A DNA stretch of 62,968 bases, filler included, from Jimgerdemannia flammicorona (lineage: Eukaryota), in the NCBI GenBank assembly GCA_003990765.1. It is 2 parts of 2 records of this genome, joined end to end, with 100 filler letters (N's around TTAATTAATTAA, not from the genome) between each part and the next. Parts side by side here need not be neighbours in the genome. Positions count along the whole stretch, not along the records: positions 31,539 to 62,968 come from RBNJ01000399.1; 1 more part is not named here. The stretch is one strand, 5' to 3'. Every line of letters begins with the position of its first letter. The stretch's first letter is position 1. The notes beneath the pieces were generated by a model. The model was not told the DNA's origin. It did no database searches and saw only the letters and a list, made by a program, of their open reading frames with translations. A program made the translations under genes and the position numbers. Below are positions 42,115 through 53,493 of the stretch, in pieces.

Positions 42115-42430
42115 TCTTCCTCCTGAATAAGAATCTTCTTGAGTATCCTTATTTATTGGTCCAGTCCTGAAAAATTTGCTGATTCCATAACCTCTGGCAA
42201 GGGGTCGAAAAGTGGTGTTTATGGGCTGATGTCTTCTCTTTGTATTTTGGTGTAATGGTGAAGAGTCACTCCCTTCATATAGAGCAAGGACCTGATTCTG
42301 ATCTTGACCAATCAGTTGATGGTTCAAACTCCTCTAACTTCGAAAGTCTCACAGATGAGTAGTTGCCAGTGTCATATCTCTTAGAGAATGGTCTAGACAG
42401 ATAGCCTGCTGGTCATGGGACATGCTGTTA

Positions 42431-43678
42431 TGATTTGCAGACTAGAACCTTGTAGGCAGTTATCATGTTTTGCTTCTCTTATATAGGTTTGTGATACTTC
42501 TTGAGTCTGTTCCTATATACCATAGTAGGCAGTATAGTCCCTGAGATTTTTCTAAGCCAGAAGATAGTTCCCTTGATATCTTGTATGTAGAAGGGTCCTT
42601 CCCATTTGGGCTCCAGTTTTCATGACCATGAGGCTTCTACTATATTTCAATATAGTAGAACCTTTTCTCTGATTCAGATGGGTTCTAGGGCCTTGTGATT
42701 CTTTTCTGCATTCTTCCTTATCAGTGCTTGTAACTTAGTGATATAATCTTCAGCCTTCTACCTGATTTGGTGTAGTCTCTAGATTTCTGCATCAAGCTAT
42801 CTCTAAGTTAGGTCTAGATTTGTGGCTGAGGTTCCATCAGAATCTTCTTCTCCAAAGAGCAGCTCTCTTGGGGTAAAATGTGTACTCTGCAACTATATGT
42901 CTTATAGGACAGAGAGGGCAGTTGGGAGGTAGTTATCCCAATTCCCATATGTCTCTGAGATCTTCATTAGGATGTTCTTGAGGATCTTATTGGTTCTCTC
43001 TGTCTGTCCATTTCCTTGAGGGTGGTACATGGTGGTCTTGATGTGCTGGATCTTGTATTTCTGATATATTATCTCATGGAATCCATTAACAAATTCTGTT
43101 CCATGGTCTGTTGTGATTTGCTTTGGTGTCTTGTAGTGGCAGATGATTTCTCAGTATAGGAAGTCAGCTATAGAGAGGGCATTGGCTTCTTGTAATGCTC
43201 CTGCCTCTATCCATTTGGTGAAGAGGTCTACAATAACTATAATATAGCAGTTTTCTGATAGTGTTACTGGTAGTGATCTAATGATATCCATTGTGATATG
43301 GTGGAAGGGGATAGGCTCAATTCTTGATGACCTGGGTGCCTGGTCTTACTGATCTTATTTCTGTTTTTGGCACTTGTCATACCCTTTGACAAATTGGCAC
43401 AGATCTTCTTCTATCTTGGGCCACCATATGGTTCTTCTTGTCTTGTCGTATGTGTTGGTTCCTCCTAAGTATCCTTGCTCATGTACTTCCTTTATTACTT
43501 GATACTTCTTGTGTTTGGGTATTACTAGCTTTCCTTCTTTTCTGAGTATAGTGTTGCCTAATTCAAACTGTTTCTAAGTCCAGTTGATGATGGTAATTAT
43601 CTAGGGTTCGAGATGGTTGGGCATCTTCTGCTGCCTAAGGTAGCTGATTAATCCATAGTATAGCTCCTTATTTATGTT
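42431..43678 (-). pseudogene. B2 integrase, separate frame
   Basis: NKELYYGLISYL…EVHEQG…WWPK…DKCQK…YHPQGNGQTERTN…KLEPKWEGPFY. Confidence 0.9.
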
Positions 43679-46600
43679 GAATAGTCTTGATGGGGGTGTT
43701 TTGGAGTGTCCTTGTGAGTGCATCAGTATTGGTATTGGTCTTTCCTGAGTGGTGCTTGACAGTACAGTTATACTCTTGCAGTCTGTAGATCCATCTGGCA
43801 TATATTCCTTTGGGGTTCAGAGTGTGGAATAGTCAGGCAAGAGTGGAATAGTCTGTTTGAATAGTGAAGTGTTTCCCAGCTAGATAGTAGTGGAACTTGT
43901 CTACTGCCCAGACTACTGCTAAGCATTCAAGCTTATACATATGACTTATAGTTCTGTTCTGCTCTGCAGGTACCTTGGCTTGTATAGAAGATGACATATT
44001 CATGTCCATCTTTCTTCTGAGCTAGAACTGCTCTAAGTTCTATAGCACTTACATCTGTCTGCAGGATGAATTCTAGGTTCTAGTCTGGTCTTTTAAGGAT
44101 GGGTGCTTGGGTCAACCTGGTCTTGAGTTCATTGAAGGTTTCTTGGTGCTCCTTGGTCAATTCGAATTTAGTCTCCTTCTTCAGTAGCTCGTAGATAGGT
44201 GCTACAATATTGGAGTATCCTTTGATGAATCTTCTGTAGTAGCTGGCCAGTCCAAGGAAGGTGTGAACTTCTGTAGTTGTTCTGGGTCTTGGGTAGGCTG
44301 CAACAACCTCAATATTCATGGGGTCTGTGTGGATTCCAGTCTGGTTGATGAGGTGTCCTAGGTAGGTGATTTCTTGAACTGCAAACTTGCATTTCTTGGG
44401 CTTAATATAGAGGCCATGCTCCTTGAGCCTCCTGAGGGCTAGTTGTATGTAATTGATATGTTTCTGTGCAGTGTTGCTGAAGATGATCACATCATCAACA
44501 TAGACAAAGAGCCATTTTCCAATCTCATTGCTGAAGACTCTGTTCATTATTCACTGGAAACATGCTGGGGTATTGCATATTCCAAATGGTATTCGCAGAT
44601 AGATATAGGTGGCATCAGGTGTAATGAAGGCTGATTTCTCACTGGCATCTTGAGTGAGACCAATCTGATGGAAGCCTGAGAACAGATCCAAGGTGGTGTA
44701 GTATTTGGCTTCGCTTCCAAGGGTAGTAAGGATTTCTTTAATATTCAGCAAGGGCTGCCTATCCTTCTTGGTGATGGCATTGAGCTTCCTGTAGTCAATA
44801 CAGAGTCTTGGTGCAAACTCTCCAGGCTTGCTTTCTTTCTTTGGGGCTAGAACAATGGATGAGGCCCAGAGACTGATAGTTTGCTTGATGATTCCGGCTT
44901 CTTCCATTTCCTTGAGTTCGGCTTGCAGCCACTCTCTGTAGGCAAGTGGTATGGGTCTGGTTTTCTGATAGATGGGCTTGATATCACTAGTGTCAACTTT
45001 GTGGTAGTACTTGAGTTCTTGATTGTGGATATCCCTGAAGTCTGTAGCAAGTACTCCTTCATTCTGGTGCAGGATCTTGAGAAGTTGTTCCTCCAGGGGA
45101 AAGTTTTCTCCAATGGTATATGTGTGCTTATTCTGGTTTTTGTCTTTCTTATGCTCAAGTTTGGTAATCTTGGTGATGGCATAGGCTCCTCTTCCAGTAG
45201 ATCCAAAGCCTTGTTCTTCTCTCTTGGTCTTGATGAGTTCAATGGCTTCTATGATCTTTGGCTTCTTGACTTCATGGATCAGCATCTGGCCAATCCTGTC
45301 ATGCTTCTTGACTTCGAAGGGGGTGGTGTGGTTGTGATTTCTGACTATGAGGAAGATCTCACCAGTGTAATCAGGGTCAATTACTCCTCCTTCAACTGAG
45401 ATTTTGCTTTTGACCAGACTGCTCCTGGTCTTGATAATTCTGGTATAGTTTTCTGGTAACTTGACTCCAATTCCAGTGCCAAGTAGAGTGGTGGTCTGTG
45501 GTTCAAGGGTAGCATCTTGAATACTGGCAAGGTTTATTCCTATGACTCCTTCAGTCTTGTATTCTGGGATCTTGGCTTCAGAGTAAAACTTCTTGACCTT
45601 GAGGGTGATGTCTGATTCTTGTTCCTCCTCATCATCACTGTCAGTTTGAAGCTCTGGAGGCTGGTCATCTTCTTCAGCTTTTCTTTTTGCTTCAGCAGCT
45701 TCTTGCTCATATTTCTGTTGGCAGATTTTCCTGACTTCACTGATACAGGACCAGCAGTCATTCAGGTGTTTGGAGCAGTACATTCTAGTACCATGGGGGC
45801 ATCTTCCTTGAGGGGCATAGCCATCGATGATCTTGTTGTACCACTGCTCATCTGTGAGCTTGGGTGTCTTGTTCTTGTTCTTGTTTACTGAGTGCATGAA
45901 GACCTCTATATCTTCTTCATCTCCTTCCTCTATGTCTGGTAGGACTCCTTTGTGGACATTGATAGAGACTCATACCTTTCTTCCTCTATAGTTGATCTGC
46001 ATCTTCTGGGCATTAAGGTCAATGATGGCCTTGGCCTTGTGAAGCTATTGGTTGCCAATGAGGATGTCATAGTTGGTAGTACTTATAACAATCACATCTA
46101 CTGGAATGGTAGCTCCTCCTATCTTGATGGGGACTTCTTGGATTTTGCCAAGGGGGGTAGCTCATGTACTATCTGCTGTGATATAGACCATCTTGGTGGA
46201 CTCTTCAATGTCTCAACCTAGGCAGTCAATTGCCTTCTTACTCATGAGGCATCCTCTAGCACCAGTATCAATGATAGCATCAAAGTTACAATCTTCAATC
46301 TGACATAGGGTATAGGCTGATGTCTTGTACTGGTCTTTGGATTCTTCACCTGAGTTCTCAGATTCTTCCTATGCATTGTGAGCTTCTACAATCTTGTACT
46401 CTTGATTCTTAGTGGTAGTTGCAAGTCCTACTCTCAACTGCTGTCTGAAGGCAGGGACTTCAGCTAGCTGTCCAAAAGTGACATTGATCTTCTGTTCCTT
46501 GAGGTTCTTATAGATGTCATACTGGTGGATCTTGGTCTTGCACAGCTTCTGTTCCTTCTTGCTTTCACTTTTTTCTGAGACTGGAGTAGTGCCTTCAATA

Positions 46601-47790
46601 ATTTGGCAGGCAGCTTTGTCTAACTCCATGTCTTGATCAATCTCCTCAGGTTGGGTCTTGCTTTGAATAGTGACAGCTGGGGTCTTCTTTGGTCTTCCAA
46701 CTGGCTTACTGTTGCTCTTCTTGTCATAGGGCTTGGACCAGGTTCTGGTACTTTCAGTAGTAGGGTAGAATTTGAGCTCCTTATAGTATTCTTTATCATC
46801 AGTGTCACTGATCTCCTCAATGACTACTGCATTGATTTGTTCTCTGGTTCTACTAGCATTGCTTGGTTGGGCTTTGCATCTTGTTTTGGTCATGCAACTT
46901 TTTGTATAGTGGCCTTCTTCTCCACATCTGAAGCAGGTGATATTGCATTCTTCTATAGCAGCTGCAAATCTCTGCACTAGTCTCCTGTTGGTACTTCAGA
47001 CTTCTCTAACAACATTACCAAGATATGCAGTCATCTCAGCAAACTACTTGGCAAGTTCTTCCACTGGGTTAGCTTTGGCTGTCTTAGGGGTAGGTGGGGT
47101 TGGTTGTCTGTTTACAACTGTGGCAGATAAGATACTAGTTGGCTTTGATGGCTCTATCTTGATGCCAGTTATTTTCTCTATTGAGTGTTCGGCAGAGTGT
47201 CTGGTAGTCTAATATCTTTGTACAAAGACCACTTTCTGATCAAGGGTCAGTACAGCTGGGGTAGACCAGATTGCTAGGGTAATTTCAGGGTGAACTCCTT
47301 TGAGGAAGGTTGAATCCACTATTTGTTTCTTGAGGCAGTCATCATAGCCAGCCAAGACAATCTGGTGGCAAATTCAGGTATAGAATGAGTTGGGATCTTC
47401 ACTAAGTCCCTGGCAGATAGTATTGAGTTGATCCTTAAGAGCTTGCTTAATCTCTTCGATATAATATGTTGTTCTAAGGAAGACCTTCATGTTGGCAAGT
47501 TTGGCTGTACCAGCATCAGCAATGATGGCTGCATTGAACTTGTCTCTGGTAGGTCCTCTAAGGCTGACTGGTAGAAGGGCCAATTGAGCATCTACACCAA
47601 GGGCTCATATGGTAGTGAATTGTTCAAAGTCTTCAATGAAGATTAGAATTGACTCTTCAGTAGTATATCTATAGAATGTGGGGGGACACATTTCCATCTT
47701 ATCTTGAATTCTTGCAGAGGTGACTCTTGTAGTCAGGGTAGTTGTTGTGAGGGTTGTTCATTTTTTAGCTTGAAAGTGAGGGATTCATCT
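43668..47790 (-). pseudogene. B2 gag-PR-dUTPase-RT-RNase H polyprotein, interrupted by stops
   Basis: ORF-track pieces 47374, 46369, 44551 and 44080 share one frame (gag through RT); CFRCGEEGHYTKSC, IIDTGA, dUTPase (~45190-45610, REEQGFGSTG), RLCIDYRKLN, VYVDD. Confidence 0.94.
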
Positions 47791-47817
47791 TGAATCACCA
47801 GCCAATGGGCACCAAGT

Positions 47818-49361
47818 TGTCATGTAGTAGTTGCTGAGTCCTTCAAATATGTCAGATTCTCTTCAAGGTATATTTCTTAGACTAACTCAAGTTTGTTATA
47901 AGCAAGTTCTTATTGGAGTGCCTTCCCAAGGTCTTATAGTCCTCAAACTTCTTATTTTTAACTATCTTGTTATTTCTTAGATTGCTTGCAAGAGATTGTG
48001 TGTAAGTAAAACTGGAACTGACTTTATTTCAGAGAAAATAAGAGGGATATTTATACAAAATATAATTCAATAGTTGCTAAGATATAAAGCTAAATATAAA
48101 TTCCAATAACTAAAACTACTAAGTTCCAGGATTGGTACTGATGGTTGTACAGGTTCAGGATGCTGACATTATTTAGTATCACATCAAAATGTCAGTGCTG
48201 GGATAATTTCATATCACCTCAGAATATCAGTGCTAGTATTATTCAGTTTTATATGAGAATACCAGTGCTGGCATTATCTAGTGTAACAAAGAACTTAGAG
48301 CAGAAAGTTCAAGACTATGGGGGCTTCATCATCATCATTACTGAAGGAGATGAGATCCACAAATTCGTCATATAGGTCACGTATTTCATATATGTTACAT
48401 ACTTCAGATATGTCATATAGGATGATGTTATTACTGATGATATCATTACATTTGGCAGGGAAATCAGGAACAAGATCTGGAGCTCTCTAGTCTATGAGGT
48501 TCTCTTCCACAAAATAAGGGACAAATGTGGGGTCTTGGAGAGATCTAACCCAGATGCTTGGGCCTTGGAATACTGAGATCAATCCTTGTAGAAATTGGTC
48601 TGGGTTGTCCTGAAAGATAGGATGCCAGAAGTCTTCTACTTCTTCACTGTTGAGAGTGATAGTGGACTGGGCTTCTGTAGCCACCCTGGCTTCTAGTGCA
48701 TTGATATGGCAGGATGACAGGTCTCTGAAGTCTGAAACTCTAACATACTCCAAGTTGGGGATCAACCATAGTATATGTCTGAAGATCTGATGGATCTTCC
48801 TAGCTGTCCTCATTTTGCATATATCTATAGGAGTGGCATCTTATAGCTCTTGGGTGCTGGCCTGTGGGAACTCCTAGCAGAGGAGGTTTCCTATTTCATA
48901 CTCCTGCCACATTTGGAGGCATTCAGTAGTAATAGTGATTCTCGTTTCCATTTTGCGGTAGTAGAGAATAAAGTGATAAGGGTCTGCAGTACCCAGGTTG
49001 ACACTAGGAGTCCTTCTTGAGTGGGTCCCCATGGCTCTTCTGATGTCTTGGAACATCCTTTCCTCGACTGAGATATCTTAGTGATTCCTTGACCTTGAGG
49101 TTTGGCAGGCAGTAGGCATTTTGTTTATGGTAAGTCTTTGAGCTATTTTGGGATTGGTGGTTCTTGTTGATTGCTGCTACTGCAGTTCCTTGATCCTTTT
49201 TTTATATTCTTCAGGATGCTTGTGCTGTGGTCACAATGACTCACAGTTGGTCATCATTGCTCATCTCATTTGCCATAAAATCTTCTTGTGCTCTGATCTG
49301 GTGGCTTGCAAGGAAAGGCTGTCTCCTATGCTGATATCATCATTCTAGGGTCACCATTACA
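47818..49361 (-). repeat. 5' LTR of B2
   Basis: TGTAATGG…CATGACA followed by PBS. Confidence 0.94.
48274..49119 (-). pseudogene. U3 ORF copy 4: 282 codons ATG to TAA without frameshift
   Basis: Five internal TAA/TAG codons, each at a position where the sister LTR has CAA or TGG. Confidence 0.8.
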
Positions 49362-50001
49362 ATAGAAAGGTTTTTCATTACTTGAAATTGAGAGCAAAAA
49401 TATATAAAGTAGTGAAAAATGTCTAAAACAATACTATAGTAAAGTTTAATAATTATAGCTTAACTCAATAGTATACTGTAAATTCAAACAGATTTAAAAG
49501 CTGGTAAGGATTAAAACTGTAACAATAATAATATAACTTAAAATGATTATATATTAACATCTATAATTAACCAAATAAAATAAAAAAATTATTATTCAAA
49601 AGCTTAAATACTATATTATTTATGGTTAAAATTTAAATTTAATAAAATTTATATTTAAGCTATAATATAATTATATATTAAAAATAATGAAACATTGTTA
49701 CAGTTTTGGCTGTCACTTTATATCGCATGTTCTATATTTCCTAGTGACGCTGTTTGCCTTTATTACCTTGGGGGTATTATTCAAAATACGCTTACGTCGG
49801 CTTCAGCAATTTATATTTTTTTCTTCCACACGCCTCGTCGAAACCGGTTCTACGAAGCAGAATATACATGTCACCGTCGTCACCTTCAGACTGGGCCTCC
49901 ATCTCGACCTATAGAGAAGTAGTACCGCGCATTGGTATTTCTTCAATCGCTCAACGTTGTGAAAGGATGTCTTTCATACCCAAACATTTTTGTCCCGTGC
50001 C

Positions 50002-50560
50002 TTAGACACAACTGTTTCTGCTTGGTCCCGCCGTAATCGAGGTACGCTTGCGCGTTTCGGTTGAAGTCATCGACGTGTGCTTGGTTTCCGTTTCAGTTGC
50101 AGTCACAGGCGCTTGGCTTCCGTTGCTCTCGCTGACGTACGCTTGGCCTCGGTTACGGTCACCGATGTTCCCTTGGCTTCCGTTGCTCTGGCCGAAGTGT
50201 GCTTTGATTCGGTTTCCCTCGCCGAGGTGCGCTTGGTTACGGTTGCCGTCACCGAGGTGTGCTTGGCTTGAATGGTGTTCTGGATAGCGATGTTGCACGA
50301 GAAAACATGCGCGGGCGATTCGTAGTCGGTAACGCAACTGGAAAACAGCTTGTGGACATCAAACTACCTCCCGTGTTCCGTTCTTCGTGCAATATATCGG
50401 ACAGTGGATCCAGCAGATATCGCTCGAAGAGTTTATCCAGATGGTGTTCGTCCGTCACATGTTCTCAAGTACCTTTTGTCCAATGAACTTTATGTCTTCA
50501 AGACGGTGAAGGTGTGCCATCGCCGCCAAAGATTCTGACAGGCTCGCTATTAGCCATTTG
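50002..50560 (-). pseudogene. Frameshifted gene remnant with 30-bp / 10-aa Thr/Ser-rich repeats (K[HR]TSxxxTE[AT])
   Basis: About 8 repeats; Thr codon varies synonymously (acc/act/aca/acg) in the KHTS frame; frame change at ~50108. Upstream extent uncertain. Confidence 0.55.
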
Positions 50561-51104
50561 CAGTGGTGGCGGTGACTTTGGCTGACGCGGAGACGTGAAT
50601 GATCTTGGAGTAGTGGCGGTCGACGTATTCCTTGAGTTGAACATGAGACAAGAACACAAGCACTTGGCTTGTAAAATGAGGGTTGTACGCGAGTTATATA
50701 TAATATTAGACATGTGCCCCCCTGGCAATCCAATTATTCTATATACCTCTTCGGCTCCATCAAGTGGCCAAACCTACCGCACTTGAAATACCATTCTTCG
50801 GTAACCTCCTCTAGGCCCTCAATGTTTGCAGACGGGCTGCCGTAGCTGCTCCGAACTGTGGACGATGAGTTGGAGGGCGAGAGCGAGGGCTTGGCGAAGC
50901 TGATGAAGCCTCCTCAGGACTGAGCCGGTGGACGCGGGCCTTCTTTATGGATATTCTAGGTACGGCGACGCGTGCCTGGAAATTTCGATGACAAACCGTT
51001 GCATCCTTGCTCAAGGGAATCTTCAGCTGGCTTTAAAGCAACCAAAACGGTCCTCAGAAGCCACGTGGCGTGCTGGAGGGACTACGCCCCTCAGCCACGC
51101 GGCT

Positions 51105-53490
51105 GGAGAGGTATAACGGTAATGAGTGAGATTTTAGGTCTTTTAAAAAAAATAATTTAAAAAAATAAAATGTAAAGAATGTCACTCCCTCCCCGAAGGT
51201 CAGGCCCGATACGATCGAGTCCACTACGCATCAAGGAAGGGCTGCATTGTTCCTCCATTACTTACCTTTACTTACCCGTAAAGGAACGCGTAGCAACCGG
51301 CCCCTCATTAGCACAACTGCTGAGCAATCCGGTGCATCATCGCAGACTCTAGACCAAATCCATCCTGCTGACATAGACGGACAGAACAGAAAATAGTGAA
51401 AATAATACTCATCTTTTGCAAAGGAATGTTTTGAAGGGGTTTCGCCAGACACACGACTAGAAGAGAGATATATATAACCGTAACAAGTGAGTTTTTTTGC
51501 TCTTTTAAAAGAAAATATTTCAAAAAATAATATATAAAGAATGTCACTCCCTCCCCGAAGGTCAGGCCCGATACGATCGAGTCCACTACGCATCAAGGAA
51601 GGGCTGCATTGTTCCTCCATTACTTACCTTTACTTACCCGTAAAGGAACGCGTAGCAACCGGCCCCTCATTAGCACAACTGCTGAGCAATCCGATACATC
51701 ATTGCAGACTCTAGACCAAATCCGTCCTGCTGACATAGGCGGACGGAATAGAAAATAGTGAAAATAATACTCATCTTTTGCAGGGGAATGGTAGGAAAGG
51801 GTTCGTAAGCCATGCGACTGGAAGAGATATATAAAACCGTAACGAGTGAGTTTTTTTTGCTCTTTTAAAAGAAAATATTTCAAAAAATAAAATATAAAGA
51901 ATGTCACTCCCTCCCCGAAGGTCAGGCCCGATACGACCGAATCCACTACGCATCAAGGAAGGGCTGCATTGTTCCTCCATTACTTACCTTTACTTACCCG
52001 TAAAGGAACGCGTAGCAACCGGCCCCTCATTAGCACAACTGCTGAGCAATCCGATACATCATTGCAGACTCTAGATCAAATCCATCCTGCTGACATAGAC
52101 GGACGGAATAGAAAATAGTGAAAACAATACTCATCTTTTGCAGGGGAATGGTAGGAAAGGGTTCGTAAGCCATGCGACTGGAAGAGGTATATAAAACCGT
52201 AACGAGTGAGTTTTTTTTGCTCTTTTAAAAGAAAAAATTTCAAAAAATAAAATATAAAGAATGTCACTCTCTCCCCGAAGGTCAGGCCCGATACGACCGA
52301 ATCCACTACGCATCAAGGAAGGGCTGCATTGTTCCTCCATTACTTACCTTTACTTACCCGTAAAGGAACGCGTAGCAACCGGCCCCTCATTAGCACAACT
52401 GCTGAGCAATCCGGTGCATCATTGCAGACTCTAGACCAAATCCGACCTGCTGACATAGACGGACAGAACAGAAAATAGCGAAAATAATACTCATCTTTTG
52501 CAAAGGAATGATTTGAAGGGGTTTCGCCAGACACACGACTGGAAGAGAGATATATATAACGGTAACGAGTGAGTTTTTTTTGCTCTTTTAAAAGAAAATA
52601 TTTCAAAAAATAAAATATAAAGAATGTCACTCCCTCCCCGAAGGTCAGGCCCGATACGATCGAGTCCACTACGCATCAAGGAAGGGCTGCATTGTTCCTC
52701 CATTACTTACCTTTACTTACCCGTAAAGGAACGCGTAGCAACCGGCCCCTCATTAGCACAACTGCTGAGCAATCCGATACATCATCGCAGACTCTAGACC
52801 AAATCCGTCCTGCTGACATAGACGGACGGAACAGAAAATAGTGAAAATAATACTCATCTTTTGCAGGGGAATGGTAGGAAAGGGTCCGTAAGCCATGCGA
52901 CTGGAAGAGATATATAAAACCGTAACGAGTGAGTTTTTTTTGCTCTTTTAAAAGAAAATATTTCAAAAAATAATATATAAAGAATGTCACTCCCTCCCCG
53001 AAGGTCAGGCCCGATACGATCGAGTCCACTACGCATCAAGGAAGGGCTGCATTGTTCCTCCATTACTTACCCGTAAAGGAACGCGTAGCAACCGGCCCCT
53101 CATTAGCACAACTGCTGAGCAATCCGATACATCATTGCAGACTCTAGACCAAATCCATCCTGCTGACATAGACGGACGGAATAGAAAATAGTGAAAATAA
53201 TACTCATCTTTTGCAGGGGAATGGTAGGAAGGGGTTCGTAAGCCATGCGACTGAAAGAGATATATATAACCGTAACGGGTGAGTTTTTAGCTCTTTTAGG
53301 AGAAAATATTTCAAAAAATAAAATGTAAAGAATGTCACTCCCTCCCCGTAGGTCAGGCCCGATACGACGGAATCCACTACGCATCAAGGAAGGGCTGCAT
53401 TGTTCCTCCATTACTTACCCGTAAAGGAACGCGTAGCAACCGGCCCCTCATTAGCACAACTGCTGAGCAATCCGATACATCATTGCAGAC
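51105..53490. repeat. Tandem array of ~360-bp units (about 6.5 copies), high identity, CpG intact
   Basis: Anchor AAAGAATGTCACTC(C/T)CTCCCCG recurs at ~51175, 51536, 51896, 52256, 52619, 52979, 53327. Confidence 0.97.
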
Positions 53491-53493
53491 GCA

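Larger units (their letters stand above)
40608..49361 (-). mobile_element. Ty3/Gypsy LTR retrotransposon B2, full length, same family as B1
   Basis: LTRs 47818-49361 (5') and 40608-42114 (3'); 4-bp TSD ATAG (40604-40607 / 49362-49365); PBS TGGTGCCCATTGG; PPT AGGAGGAAGA; colinear with B1. Confidence 0.96.
38237..49718. mobile_element. Tc1-like DNA transposon with ~360-bp TIRs, internally rearranged, hosting Gypsy B2
   Basis: TA|CAGTGACAGCCAAAACTGTAA at left and TTACAGTTTTGGCTGTCACTT|TA at right; 38237-38590 is the inverse of 49362-49718 plus 40590-40607. Confidence 0.9.

Noticed and set aside
50100..50270. HET-s-like prion domain gene
   Set aside because: Codon variation favours the alternative Thr/Ser frame; no NLR or HeLo-type gene nearby.
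51258..53411. Repeated ORF-track peptides (MDSIVSG…, MEEQCSP…) as genes
   Set aside because: Frames change between units because of homopolymer indels, and the ORFs cross AT-rich intron-like tracts.
51105..53490. 5S rDNA, tRNA, U1 snRNA, hammerhead or HDV ribozyme array
   Set aside because: No 5S or tRNA box pattern; TACTTACC matches only the U1 5' end; no CTGANGA…GAAA core; HDV-like resemblance lacks the short L3, P1.1 and J4/2 elements.
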